Part shown: in pieces, positions 26,086-35,983 of the stretch
Layout: every line of letters begins with the position of its first letter
Numbering within the stretch: position 1 is the stretch's first letter
Virus record (IMG/VR): IMGVR_UViG_2687453300_000007
Reading direction: 5' to 3' (one strand)
Source of the DNA: a virus
Taxonomy: Duplodnaviria; Heunggongvirae; Uroviricota; Caudoviricetes
Length of the DNA stretch: 40,665 bases
Made by a program: the position numbers and the translations under genes
Notes under the pieces: generated by a model
What the model was told of the DNA's origin: nothing
The model's database searches: none
The model's input: only the letters and a program-made list of their open reading frames with translations

Positions 26086-28071
26086 ATGAGTACCACAACA
26101 CGTAAATTTAAAACCGTTATCACCGATACGGGTGCCAAAAAATTAGCTCAGGCAGCCGCGCCAGATGGTAAGCCTGTCCGCCTGACTCATATGGCCGTGG
26201 GCGACGGTGGCGGCACGTTGCCCACACCAGACAGTAAGCAGACCCGTCTGGTGCATGAGGTGTGGCGACATACTGTTAATCGCGTCATCCTGGACGCAAC
26301 ACATCAGAACCGCATTATTGCGGAGCTGGTTATTCCTCCTGAAACGGGCGGATTCTGGATCCGGGAAATTGGTGTATTTGATGAGCACGGCGATTTAATC
26401 GCGGTGGGCAATACTGCCGAAAGTTACAAGCCAGCCGTTGCCGAAGGGTCCGGTCGTGCACAAACATTTCGCACCATTCTGACCGTATCCAGCACTGCCA
26501 CCGTGGTGCTTACCGTGGATAACACCATGGTGATGGCCACAGTGGATTACGTGGATGACAAACTGAAAGAGCATGAACAGTCACGACGTCACCCGGACGC
26601 CTCGCTGACCGCAAAAGGCTTTGTTCAACTCAGTAGCGCCACTAACAGCGTGTCTGAAACGCAGGCTGCAACGCCGAAAGCAGTAAAGGCCGCGTATGAC
26701 CTTGCTAACGGTAAATATACTGCGCAGGATGCCAGCACGACGCGAAAAGGCCTTGTCCAGCTCAGTAGCGCCACCAACAGCACGTCTGAAACGCAGGCTG
26801 CAACGCCGAAAGCAGTAAAGGCCGCGTATGACCTTGCTAACGCAAAATATACCGCTCAGGACGCCACGACGGCACAAAAAGGGATAGTCCAGCTCAGTAG
26901 TGCCACCAACAGCACGTCTGAAACACTGGCCGCGACATCGAAAGCTGTTAAGGCGGTAATGGATGAAACGAACAAGAAAGCGCCCTTAAATAGTCCTGCA
27001 CTGACCGGAACGCCAACAACACCAACTGCGCGACAGGGAACGAATAATACCCAAATCGCAAGCACGGCTTTCGTTATGGCTGCGATTGCCGCCCTTGTAG
27101 ATTCGTCACCTGATGCACTGAACACGCTGAACGAGCTGGCTGCGGCGCTGGGCAACGACCCGAATTTTGCGACCACCATGACTAACGCGCTTGCGGGTAA
27201 GCAACCGAAAGATGCCACCCTGACGGCGCTGGCCGGACTTACTACTGCGGCAGGCAAGTTTCCGTATTTTACGGGGAATGATGTCGCCAGCCTGGCAACC
27301 CTGACAAAAGTCGGGCGGGATATTCTTGCGAAATCGACCGTTGCTGCCGTTATCGAATACCTCGGTTTACGAGAACTCGGCACAAGCGGGGAGAAAATAC
27401 CGTTACTCAGTACAGCGAATACCTGGACCAATCGACAAACATTCAGCGGTGGCCTTTCTGGGGAACTGTCCGGCAATGCCGCTACTGCAACAAAGCTGAA
27501 AACAGCACGAAAAATTGCTGGAGTTGGTTTTGATGGTTCTAGCGATATTTCAATTAGTGCCAAAAATGTCAATGCATTTGCACTCCGACAAACAGGTAAT
27601 ACTGTTAATGGTGATACATCCGTTGGATGGAATTGGGATAGTGGTGCATATAACGCCATGATTGGTGGTGCATCTGCATTAATTCTTCACTTTAATATAA
27701 ATGCTGGTAGCTGTCCTGCCGTACAATTCCGTGTGAATTATAAAAATGGTGGCATTTCCTACAGGTCGGCTCGTGATGGTTATGGGTTTGAATTAGGTTG
27801 GTCAGATTTCTATACCACGACACGAAAACCTTCAGCGGGAGATGTTGGTGCATATACGCGGACAGAATGTAACTCAAGGTTTATTACAGGTATTCGCCTT
27901 GGCGGTCTGTCATCTGTTCAGACATGGAATGGTCCCGGCTGGTCTGACAGGTCAGGTTATGTCGTTACGGGTTCAGTTAACGGAAACCGTGATGAATTAA
28001 TTGATACAACACAGGCAAGGCCAATTCAGTATTGCATTAATGGGACGTGGTATAACGCGGGGAGTATTTAA
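26086..28071 (+). CDS. H: Tail fibre protein (P2 gpH-like), current orientation of the invertible tip
   Basis: 661 aa. The constant N-terminal part ends at the hix-like site near 27362; the C-terminal tip ends …INGTWYNAGSI. Confidence 0.9.
   Translation: MSTTTRKFKTVITDTGAKKLAQAAAPDGKPVRLTHMAVGDGGGTLPTPDSKQTRLVHEVWRHTVNRVILDATHQNRIIAELVIPPETGGFWIREIGVFDEHGDLIAVGNTAESYKPAVAEGSGRAQTFRTILTVSSTATVVLTVDNTMVMATVDYVDDKLKEHEQSRRHPDASLTAKGFVQLSSATNSVSETQAATPKAVKAAYDLANGKYTAQDASTTRKGLVQLSSATNSTSETQAATPKAVKAAYDLANAKYTAQDATTAQKGIVQLSSATNSTSETLAATSKAVKAVMDETNKKAPLNSPALTGTPTTPTARQGTNNTQIASTAFVMAAIAALVDSSPDALNTLNELAAALGNDPNFATTMTNALAGKQPKDATLTALAGLTTAAGKFPYFTGNDVASLATLTKVGRDILAKSTVAAVIEYLGLRELGTSGEKIPLLSTANTWTNRQTFSGGLSGELSGNAATATKLKTARKIAGVGFDGSSDISISAKNVNAFALRQTGNTVNGDTSVGWNWDSGAYNAMIGGASALILHFNINAGSCPAVQFRVNYKNGGISYRSARDGYGFELGWSDFYTTTRKPSAGDVGAYTRTECNSRFITGIRLGGLSSVQTWNGPGWSDRSGYVVTGSVNGNRDELIDTTQARPIQYCINGTWYNAGSI
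26614..27009 (+). repeat. Three tandem 132-bp (44-aa) repeats inside tail fibre H
   Basis: Units begin at 26614, 26746 and 26878 (KG[FLI]VQLSSATNS.SET[QL]AAT[PS]KAVKA… repeats), with near-identical DNA between copies 1 and 2. Confidence 0.8.
27350..27375. promoter_or_regulatory. hix/gix-like inversion crossover site (left)
   Basis: TTATCGAATACC-TC-GGTTTACGAGAA: 12-bp half-sites around a 2-bp core, matching the Hin/Gin recombination-site architecture. 23/26 identical to the reverse complement of the site at 30875..30900. Confidence 0.75.
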
Positions 28072-28073
28072 CG

Positions 28074-28607
28074 ATGATGCACTTAAAAAACATTACTGCT
28101 GGCAACCCTAAAACAAAAGAGCAATACCAGCTAACAAAGCAATTTAACATCAAATGGCTTTATTCAGCTGATGGAAAAAACTGGTATGAGGAACAAAAGA
28201 ATTTCCAGCCAGACACTTTGAAAATGGTCTATGACCATAACGGCGTTATTATTTGTATTGAAAAGGATGTTTCAGCAATTAATCCGGAAGGCGCAAGCGT
28301 CGTTGAATTACCTGATATTACAGCAAATCGCCGGGCTGATATTTCGGGGAAATGGATGTTCAAAGATGGCGTAGTGGTAAAGCGAACTTATACCGAGGAA
28401 GAGCAGAGGCAACAAGCGGAAAATGAAAAGCAGAGCCTGTTGCAACTTGTCAGGGATAAAACTCAGCTATGGGACTCACAGCTACGGCTGGGCATCATTT
28501 CCGACGAGAATAAACAAAAATTAACCGAGTGGATGCTCTATGCGCAGAAAGTCGAATCCACAGACACCTCCAGCCTGCCAGTAACATTTCCCGAACAACC
28601 TGAATGA
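28074..28607 (+). CDS. G: Tail fibre assembly chaperone (P2 gpG-like)
   Basis: 177 aa; N-terminus MMHLKNITAGNPKTKEQYQLTK… shared with the inverted copy at 28636..29163. Confidence 0.85.
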   Translation: MMHLKNITAGNPKTKEQYQLTKQFNIKWLYSADGKNWYEEQKNFQPDTLKMVYDHNGVIICIEKDVSAINPEGASVVELPDITANRRADISGKWMFKDGVVVKRTYTEEEQRQQAENEKQSLLQLVRDKTQLWDSQLRLGIISDENKQKLTEWMLYAQKVESTDTSSLPVTFPEQPE

Positions 28608-28611
28608 GACA

Positions 28612-28640
28612 AGGCCCGATAACGGGCCTTAATTTTTATT
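28612..28640 (+). terminator. Intrinsic terminator between G and G'
   Basis: Stem AAGGCCCG-ATAA-CGGGCCTT followed by AATTTTTATT. Confidence 0.55.
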
Positions 28641-29163
28641 CAGGCTTTTGTGGCCATTCAGGATTTGCCGTATCCACACGGTTGACCAGAACACTGTAGC
28701 GTTCCCATGCTTCCAGTCGTGTGCGTTCCTCGTCTGTTGCCATATTCAGCCTGACAGCGCGTTCCAGCGGCTGGATGACTGATTCAGCTTCGGAAAGCAA
28801 TGCGGCCTTTTGTGATTCGGCCTGTTGTTGCTGTTCGTCAGCCGTATAAATCCGTTTAACCACAGCTCCGTCCTTAAACATCCACTTACCGGAATCATCG
28901 GTCCGACGATTGGCCGTTATATCGGGAACCTCGACGACGCTAAAACCTTCGGGATTAAGCGTGGAGGCATCTCTGGTGATGGCGACAATAATATTATTTT
29001 CATCGTAAACAATCTTTATGGTGTCTGGCTGAAAGTTTTTCACTTCCTCATACCAGTTTTTTCCGTCCTCAGAGTAAAGCCAGATAACTCCGTGTTTCTT
29101 TGTTAACTCATACTGTTCCAGTGTTTTAGCATTACCCGCTTTTATGTTCTTTAAGTGCATCAT
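28636..29163 (-). CDS. Alternative tail fibre assembly chaperone (G')
   Basis: 175 aa on the minus strand with the same conserved N-terminus ([22 protein letters not shown]…) and a divergent C-terminus. Confidence 0.8.
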   Translation of the reverse strand: MMHLKNIKAGNAKTLEQYELTKKHGVIWLYSEDGKNWYEEVKNFQPDTIKIVYDENNIIVAITRDASTLNPEGFSVVEVPDITANRRTDDSGKWMFKDGAVVKRIYTADEQQQQAESQKAALLSEAESVIQPLERAVRLNMATDEERTRLEAWERYSVLVNRVDTANPEWPQKPE

Positions 29164-29697
29164 ATTAAACGCTCGCTACATTATACCAGGTGCCATTTAT
29201 ATACTTTTGAACGGGTCTGTAATAAACACCCGCTATATTATCGGCAGAGTTAGACCCTGTATCCTGAACATTAATACCAGACAATACATGACCTGAAGGG
29301 CACTGGAAATTCCATGTTCGCCAGTTGTTCACTCCATAATATTGCTGTGAACCAAGTCGAACATCTTTCACATAACGGGAATCAAAGTTACCGTAATCCG
29401 AGGGATTAACACGCCCCGTAATATTTATGGTCTTATTACTTTGAATGCTTCCGGGAACAAAGCGCATAACATGGACGTAATTAGCATAAACATCCAGATT
29501 ACCATCGCCATTTTGTTTAAAGCCCGTGTCATTATCACCCAATACAATCGAATTACCGCCAAGAGCACTGGATGTTCCGATACCCAGTGCACCATTCAGT
29601 TGACCACCAGATAACGGCAGTGCACCAACATCTCCTGCTGAAGGTTTTCTGGTGGTGGTGTAAAATTCGGACCAGTCGGCTTCAAAACCATAACCAT

Positions 29698-29706
29698 CAC
29701 GGGCTG
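29698..29706. repeat. IS1 target-site duplication (CACGGGCTG); partner copy at 30475..30483
   Basis: Identical 9-bp direct repeats immediately flank the 768-bp element. Confidence 0.9.
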
Positions 29707-29721
29707 GGTAATGACTCCAAC

Positions 29722-30225
29722 TTATTGATAGTGTTTTATGTTCAGATAATGCCCGATGACTTTGTCATGCAGCTCCACCGATTTTGAGAACGACAGCGAC
29801 TTCCGTCCCAGCCGTGCCAGGTGCTGCCTCAGATTCAGGTTATGCCGCTCAATTCGCTGCGTATATCGCTTGCTGATTACGTGCAGCTTTCCCTTCAGGC
29901 GGGATTCATACAGCGGCCAGCCATCCGTCATCCATATCACCACGTCAAAGGGTGACAGCAGGCTCATAAGACGCCCCAGCGTCGCCATAGTGCGTTCACC
30001 GAATACGTGCGCAACAACCGTCTTCCGGAGCCTGTCATACGCGTAAAACAGCCAGCGCTGGCGCGATTTAGCCCCGACATAGCCCCACTGTTCGTCCATT
30101 TCCGCGCAGACGATGACGTCACTGCCCGGCTGTATGCGCGAGGTTACCGACTGCGGCCTGAGTTTTTTAAGTGACGTAAAATCGTGTTGAGGCCAACGCC
30201 CATAATGCGGGCTGTTGCCCGGCAT
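29722..30225 (-). CDS. insB: IS1 transposase InsB
   Basis: 167-aa ORF matching IS1 InsB (…[38 protein letters not shown]…). Confidence 0.9.
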
Positions 30226-30419
30226 CCAACGCCATTCATGGCCATATCAATGATTTTCTGGTGCGTACCGGGTTGAGAAGCGGTGTAAGTGAACTGCAGT
30301 TGCCATGTTTTACGACAGTGAGAGCAGAGATAGCGCTGATGTCCGGCGGTGCTTTTGCCGTTACGCACCACCCCGTCAGTAGCTGAACAGGAGGGACAGC
30401 TGATAGAAACAGAAGCCAC
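30144..30419 (-). CDS. insA: IS1 InsA
   Basis: 91-aa [46 protein letters not shown]…, the zinc-finger/HTH InsA. Confidence 0.9.
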
Positions 30420-30874
30420 TGGAGCACCTCAAAAACACCATCATACACTAAATCAGTAAGTTGGCAGCATCACCCACGGGCTGAACGATAAAAAATACCG
30501 CCATTTTTATAATTAATCCGAAACTGAGCTGCAGGACAACTTCCGTCTCCCATATAAAAATGAATAATTAACGTTGATGCACCACCAATATTTGCGTTAT
30601 AGGCTCCGCTACTCCAGTTCCATCCAACTGCTTTATCATTCGCAACGGTGCTTCCTGTTTTCCCTAAGGCAAACGCACCAACATGACTTGCTTTTAATGT
30701 GATATCGGAGGAACCATCAAAAGCCACATTGCTTATTTTCCTGGCAGTTTTTAATTTTGCAGCTGTAGAAGCATTGCCGGATAGTTCACCAGAAAGGCCA
30801 CCGCTGAATGTTTGTCGATTAGTCCAGGTATTCGCTGTACTGAGTAACGGTATTTTCTCCCCGCTTGTGCCGAG

Positions 30875-30900
30875 TTCTCGTAAACCGAGGTTTTAAATAA
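30875..30900. promoter_or_regulatory. hix/gix-like inversion crossover site (right)
   Basis: TTCTCGTAAACC-GA-GGTTTTAAATAA, in inverted orientation relative to 27350..27375 with a complementary core dinucleotide. About 55 bp upstream of the invertase start. Confidence 0.75.
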
Positions 30901-30954
30901 TGGCCGTTTCTGGCCTGCATGGCATGATTTGCGCTTTTGGACGGGAGATTCAGT

Positions 30955-31554
30955 GTGCTGATTGGCTATGTAAGGGTATCAACAAATGACCAGAATACAG
31001 ACCTGCAACGAAACGCTCTTGTTTGTGCAGGATGTGAACAAATATTTGAAGATAAATTAAGCGGGACAAAGACAGACCGACCGGGATTAAAACGCGCTTT
31101 AAAGCGCCTTCAAAAAGGTGACACGCTGGTTGTCTGGAAACTGGATCGCCTCGGGCGAAGCATGAAACATCTGATTTCTCTCGTCGGGGAACTACGGGAG
31201 CGAGGGATTAATTTTCGCAGTCTGACCGACAGCATAGACACATCTTCTCCAATGGGGCGTTTTTTCTTCCACGTGATGGGTGCCCTGGCTGAAATGGAAC
31301 GTGAATTAATTGTTGAACGTACACTGGCCGGGCTGGCGGCAGCGCGCGCAAGGGGGCGCACAGGCGGACGTCGACCGAAGCTGACAAAAGAACAGCATGA
31401 GCAAATAGCAAGGCTAATCAAAAACGGGCACGACAGAAAACAACTGGCAATAATTTACGGCATTGGCACATCGACGATTTATCGTTATCACCCTGTAGGC
31501 GATATACAGACTGAAGAAACAACCGGGCAGACTCAGGAAAATGAAAACCGCTAA
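30955..31554 (+). CDS. Serine DNA invertase (Gin/Hin/Pin family)
   Basis: GTG 30955 start with GGGAG SD. (M)LIGYVRVSTNDQNTDLQRNAL…LVVWKLDRLGRSM…GINFRSLTDSIDTSSPMGRFFFHVMGALAEMERELIVERT… closely resembles the e14 Pin / Mu Gin family, with a C-terminal HTH. Confidence 0.9.
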   Translation: MLIGYVRVSTNDQNTDLQRNALVCAGCEQIFEDKLSGTKTDRPGLKRALKRLQKGDTLVVWKLDRLGRSMKHLISLVGELRERGINFRSLTDSIDTSSPMGRFFFHVMGALAEMERELIVERTLAGLAAARARGRTGGRRPKLTKEQHEQIARLIKNGHDRKQLAIIYGIGTSTIYRYHPVGDIQTEETTGQTQENENR

Positions 31555-31576
31555 TCTGACCATTAGCGGTTTTTGT
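31544..31576. terminator. Bidirectional intrinsic terminator between the invertase and U
   Basis: Stem ACCGCTAAT-CTGACC-ATTAGCGGT flanked by A-run and T-run. Confidence 0.6.
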
Positions 31577-31582
31577 GTTAAA

Positions 31583-32077
31583 TCAGAACAGCCCTTTAAC
31601 TGAACTGGCCGCGCTGTTAAGAGATGATGTCACCTTATCTTTGAAGCCGGACAGCATATCACTGAACGATGAGGATTGCAGGCGCTCCCGCAAATCCTCA
31701 TCACAGCGTTCAAGAGTCAGTGAAAATTCTATCTTTTTCGCCTTACCGTAGCGATCAAACTCGGAGCGGGTCGTATTCGTTTCAGTCAGGACATACATGC
31801 CGTAAATCTGCCCGACGCCATCAATCAAAGGCCAGGGTCGTCCTGTATACGCCTGCGTGGTCAGCAGCGACAGCGACACTTCGCCACCTGTAATTTCAGG
31901 ATAAAGCACACCAGAAAGAACGATGCGATCATCACCTGCACCGATATACTGCCAGCTTGCTGAACGGTTAACGCGTTCATTTTTCACATGCCGCCAGCTT
32001 TTGTTTTGCTGTAACTGCTGATGCGGCAGCGTGCGCAGCTCAAAAACAAACATGCCGTAGATCATCATCATGGCCAT
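31583..32077 (-). CDS. U: Tail protein (P2 gpU-like)
   Basis: 164-aa ORF following the tape measure gene on the minus strand. Confidence 0.75.
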   Translation of the reverse strand: MAMMMIYGMFVFELRTLPHQQLQQNKSWRHVKNERVNRSASWQYIGAGDDRIVLSGVLYPEITGGEVSLSLLTTQAYTGRPWPLIDGVGQIYGMYVLTETNTTRSEFDRYGKAKKIEFSLTLERCDEDLRERLQSSSFSDMLSGFKDKVTSSLNSAASSVKGLF

Positions 32078-32083
32078 GACTCC

Positions 32084-34899
32084 TCAATCTTTATCGTAAA
32101 AACTGCCACGCCCGGCACGGGCGCGCCGTTCCATTTCTGCCCTGACCATTTCACCGACCAGTTTCGCCAGTTCGCGGGGATTCTGCGTAACAACGTTATG
32201 CAGATGAACATGAATTTCACCACCAAATCCGGAGGCAACAGGCTCCCGGTTACGGGAAGTTACAGGAACTGATGCCACTGGAGATCGTATAGCCTCCGCC
32301 ACCGGGCGGGAGCTGGCCGCAACAACAGGGACCAGCGCCGGAGGCAGCGGAGCCGGGACCACGGGTGTGATATTAATTGCGGGGGCAGGCTTACTGACCT
32401 GCGCAATCTTCCGCTCCTGCCACTCCCCACGAACAGCAAGTGCTCGGGGCAGGTTTTTAAAGACAATATCGCCGGGGCCAATGCGTTTTTTCGTCTCCTC
32501 AACCAGCTTACCTGTGTTATCAGCAATTTTGCTGAGTCTGCGCAGCGTACCGGTATTGCTGTCTGTGAGCGGTTTATTGTCTTTGGGGTTATCACCTCCG
32601 GTGCCATTGCCATTTTCCACAGGCTTCGGCGGATTGATTTTCGCCAGGTCCCCCTGAAGCAAGGCAACCTTGTCCTGAAGAATGGCCGCACGCTGTGCGT
32701 CTTCGATTTTCTTGCGCGCCCTTTCCGCTTCATCCGGAAGCACACCAAGCTTTTCAAGTATCCACGCCAGCGTATCCAGCAACATTTTTGCAGGTGTCAG
32801 AACAAGTTGTAACGCACCGCCAAGAACGTTACCGAATATCTCGCCAGCACTGGTACATTTATCCAGAGTTTCCTTGCTGGACTCCATCGGAGACAGCAGC
32901 GATTTAAACCAGTTAAACACCTGGCTGATCCCACTCCCGATTGCGTCAAAAACAGGACCAAACCGTTCAAAGGTTTCGCGCAACGGGGTCAGCCTTTCCA
33001 TAATCCCGCTGAACACCCCGGCAAAAAATGCCCTGATGGGATCCCAGTATTTCCAGATGAGAACGGCAGCTCCGGCAAGCGCAGCCACGATAAGGCCGAC
33101 CGGACTGAACAACGCCCCGATAGCGCCCCCAGTAACGAAACGGAACCCGTCACCATTCCCCATAGTGCTGGCAGGAGTCTGACAGCATTCATTGAACCGG
33201 TCAGGAGGGAAAAGCCAAGACGCAGTTTTGCCAGCGGGCCAGCAAGCACACCAATAGCCAGCGACAACGAGCCAACCGTTGCAGTCATTGCCAGCAACGC
33301 ACCGCCTGCTATCAGTAGCTGGCGCGTCAGTACCGGATGGGCCTGCGCCAGCGAGGTGATTTTTTCAAGCACCCGCGTGAGCCACTGCGTGACAGAACGC
33401 AGCGGACCGTCAACCAGATCACTGATGCGAATACGAAGACCTTCCCATGCGCTGTCGAGATTTTTCAGGTCCCCATCAAGATTATCGGCCATTACTTTTG
33501 CAACGCGATCGGCCTCTCCCCTTGCCCCCTGCAATTCTCTGGTCAGTTTTTGCAGCTCTCCTGAACCAGCCGCCGCAACAAGCGTCTGCAAACCAACGAA
33601 CGCCTCTTCTCCGGCGATGTCCTTGAAGAAGGAAACCTGGTCCACCTGTCCGTATTTTTGTGTCGCCTTATAGAGATCAAGCAGCACATCCTCCATCGGG
33701 CGCATTTTGCCTCTGGCGTCAGCAACTGACACCCCCAGCTCTTTCAGCGCATCAGCCGCAGCTTTTGGCGGTGATGCAAGGCGGGACAGACTTGCGCGCA
33801 TGGCCGTACCAGCATCGCTTCCACGAAGACCATTATTGGCAAGCATCCCGGCCATGGCTGCCGCTTCTTCAAGACTGATACCAAGTTTTGCGGCAACCGG
33901 ACCGGTATACTTCATGGTTTCGCCCAGCGCGCGTAAATCAGTATTGGTCCGGGTGAATGCCGCTGTCAGCGTATCGCCAACCCGGTCCATTTGATCGGCT
34001 GTCAGGTTGAACTGTGTGAGGATATTGGAGCCTATATCAGCCGTCTCGCCGAGTTCGACGCCACCTGCCAGCGCCATATTAAGAACACCGGGCAATGCGG
34101 CCTGAATGGCCTGCGGAGTAAAACCAGCCATTGCCAGAAAGCTCTGCCCACTGGCGGCATCACTCGCAGTAAACTGTGTTTCAGAGCCAAGTTTTAACGC
34201 CTGCTCACGCAGCGCCTTAAACTGCGGGCTGTTTTTGTCGATTCGCGTCAGCGCCTGAACGCGGGACATCTCTTTGCCGAACCCGATCGCGGGCTGCAAA
34301 AAACGCCCGGCAGCATAGCCGCCCGCCGCTGCCGCACCAATTGCCAGCGCACCACCTGTTTTCAGTTTTCCCGCGGTTTCCTGCGCGCGCGAATACCGCT
34401 CACGAGCCTGCGTTACACGCGCAAGCGCCTGCCGTTCGCGTTCAAGCTGGTTGTTGTATTGTTCGGTGCGTCTGATGGCCTGCTGGATGGTGTTATCGCT
34501 GCCTGTCAGGGAAATGCCGTGGCGTTTCAGTTCTCCGCCAAGCTCCCGCATTTTCTGAATTTCCCGTGTGCGCGATTCATTCAGGCGTTCAAGCCGGGTG
34601 CTTAACTGCTGCATCAGCTTTTGTTGTTTTTCGCTGAGCACTGTACCCGTGCGTTGTAACTGATTAAGGGCGTTAAGCTGGCGTCGTGCTTTCACGATAC
34701 CCGCATCCGCTTTACTGACAGCGTCGCGGGCGCGCTCAAATGAACGCGCCTGACGCTCGAGATTTTTGATCGCCCCCTGCGTTCGCTGAATGGAGTCACC
34801 AAACTGCCCCATCAGGCGGCGGGCGTTTTCGGCAGGCCGGGTCAGCCTGTCAACGGCGCTGAAAGCGACCCGGATGTCAAGAGTCTTCATTATCTGCAT
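32084..34899 (-). pseudogene. T: Tail tape measure protein (P2 gpT-like), apparently frameshifted
   Basis: Two overlapping minus-strand ORFs (32989..34926 and 32084..33163) both look like genuine tape-measure sequence and overlap by about 175 bp in frames offset by one nucleotide. A C5/G5 homopolymer lies at 33126..33130. Could be a real inactivating frameshift or a sequencing error. Confidence 0.55.
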
Positions 34900-35113
34900 T
34901 CCCGCTGCGAAGTGCCGCCCGCTCACGCCAGCTAACCACTTCGCCGGGCGTCATCATGAAGATTTCGGCGGGCGACCAGTTGAAAATGGCGGCAATATCC
35001 GCCACCAGATCTTCGATGTGCTCAAAGCACACCAGGGTGATTACGCTGCCGTCTCCTGCACGCTCTTCGCGCCAGAGTCTGGCTCGCTCATAAAATTTAC
35101 AGCCACAGCGCAC
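34877..35113 (-). CDS. E' extension reached by -1 frameshift (E+E' chaperone)
   Basis: ORF in the -1 frame relative to E, overlapping the E 3' end, with a run of seven A (plus-strand T at 35139..35145) in the overlap. Confidence 0.45.
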   Translation of the reverse strand: MRCGCKFYERARLWREERAGDGSVITLVCFEHIEDLVADIAAIFNWSPAEIFMMTPGEVVSWRERAALRSGNADNEDS

Positions 35114-35415
35114 AACTGAATAAAATCGCGTGACGACATTTTTTTAATCATCACTTCATCCAGTCGTGGCGAGGTCACGCGAGGCAACAGCGTGAACATG
35201 GTATCCGCTTTCAGATTCAGCACATCAGACAGCGACAGACCACGCAGGGATCCCGCCTGCTCAATAGCCCCGGTGATCTCCACATATGTGATTTTTTCGG
35301 CACCACGCTCAATTGGCCGGGAAAGTTTTACACCACGTTCGACAGCCATATCCTCACCTGACGTCACATCATCCGCTACGGTGTTATTCCGGGTTTCAGT
35401 ATCGATATCTTTCAT
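35041..35415 (-). CDS. E: Tail assembly chaperone (P2 gpE-like)
   Basis: ORF upstream of the tape measure gene on the same strand; the true start may be an internal ATG. Confidence 0.6.
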   Translation of the reverse strand: MKDIDTETRNNTVADDVTSGEDMAVERGVKLSRPIERGAEKITYVEITGAIEQAGSLRGLSLSDVLNLKADTMFTLLPRVTSPRLDEVMIKKMSSRDFIQLCAVAVNFMSEPDSGAKSVQETAA

Positions 35416-35470
35416 CAGTTGTCTCCTTTTCAGTCAGAGGCGACGCACTGCGCCGCCTGCATATTACTTA

Positions 35471-35983
35471 TCAGCCAAGCCCAAGCGCGGAACGAATGCG
35501 GTCAGGCACAATGTCCTTGCCGTCCTTCCGGTAGATGTGGTTCAACAGGTCGATTTCCCACAGCGGGCGATCGTTAACGCTCAGCTTGTAGTAGGTGTTT
35601 TTGACAGCGTAAGTGTGTGATGTGGCTTCGCCCTGTTTGGCCTCCCCCATATCAATTTCCGTCACACGCCCGCGCATCTCGATTTCATACAGATCGCTTT
35701 CTGCATCGGTGTAATATTCACCCGCAAAACGCAGCAGCGTGCCGTCAATCGTGCCGCCATACTTAAGGAACAGTGCACGAACAGCTCCCCCCATGACAAA
35801 GCTCGCATCAAGCGCGGAGTCGTCCAGACCGAGATCAATACTTACTGCTCCCATCATGCCACCACCACGATAGCTGTCGGTTTTGCGCGTCAGTTTGGGC
35901 GGCGTGACGGATGTCACTTTACCCACTTCGTTTTCACCATCCACAAACAACGTAAAAAAGCGAAGATGTTTTGGTACAGCCAT
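35471..35983 (-). CDS. FII: Tail tube protein (P2 gpFII-like)
   Basis: 170 aa, directly downstream of the sheath gene. Confidence 0.85.
   Translation of the reverse strand: MAVPKHLRFFTLFVDGENEVGKVTSVTPPKLTRKTDSYRGGGMMGAVSIDLGLDDSALDASFVMGGAVRALFLKYGGTIDGTLLRFAGEYYTDAESDLYEIEMRGRVTEIDMGEAKQGEATSHTYAVKNTYYKLSVNDRPLWEIDLLNHIYRKDGKDIVPDRIRSALGLG

Larger units (their letters stand above)
29707..30474 (-). mobile_element. IS1 insertion sequence (768 bp)
   Basis: Terminal inverted repeats GGTAATGACTCCAACTTATTGAT… and …ATCAGTAAGTTGGCAGCATCACC. Encodes InsA and InsB with the A6C frameshift motif (plus strand GTTTTTT at 30164..30170). Confidence 0.95.
29165..30887 (-). pseudogene. Alternative tail fibre C-terminal segment (H'), interrupted by IS1
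   Basis: Minus-strand frame encodes …NYKNGGIFYRSARG then runs into the IS1 end. Downstream of IS1 the frame resumes ARDGYGFEADWSEFYTTTRKPSAGDVGA… and ends …[11 protein letters not shown] at 29165. Removing IS1 and one copy of the 9-bp duplication restores a continuous frame homologous to H. Confidence 0.8.

Noticed and set aside
26856-27659. 267-aa minus-strand ORF across tail fibre H, and the plus-strand ORF at 30699..30896
   Set aside because: Antisense shadows of the tail fibre reading frames (H on plus, H' on minus); the repetitive fibre sequence keeps the wrong-strand frames open.
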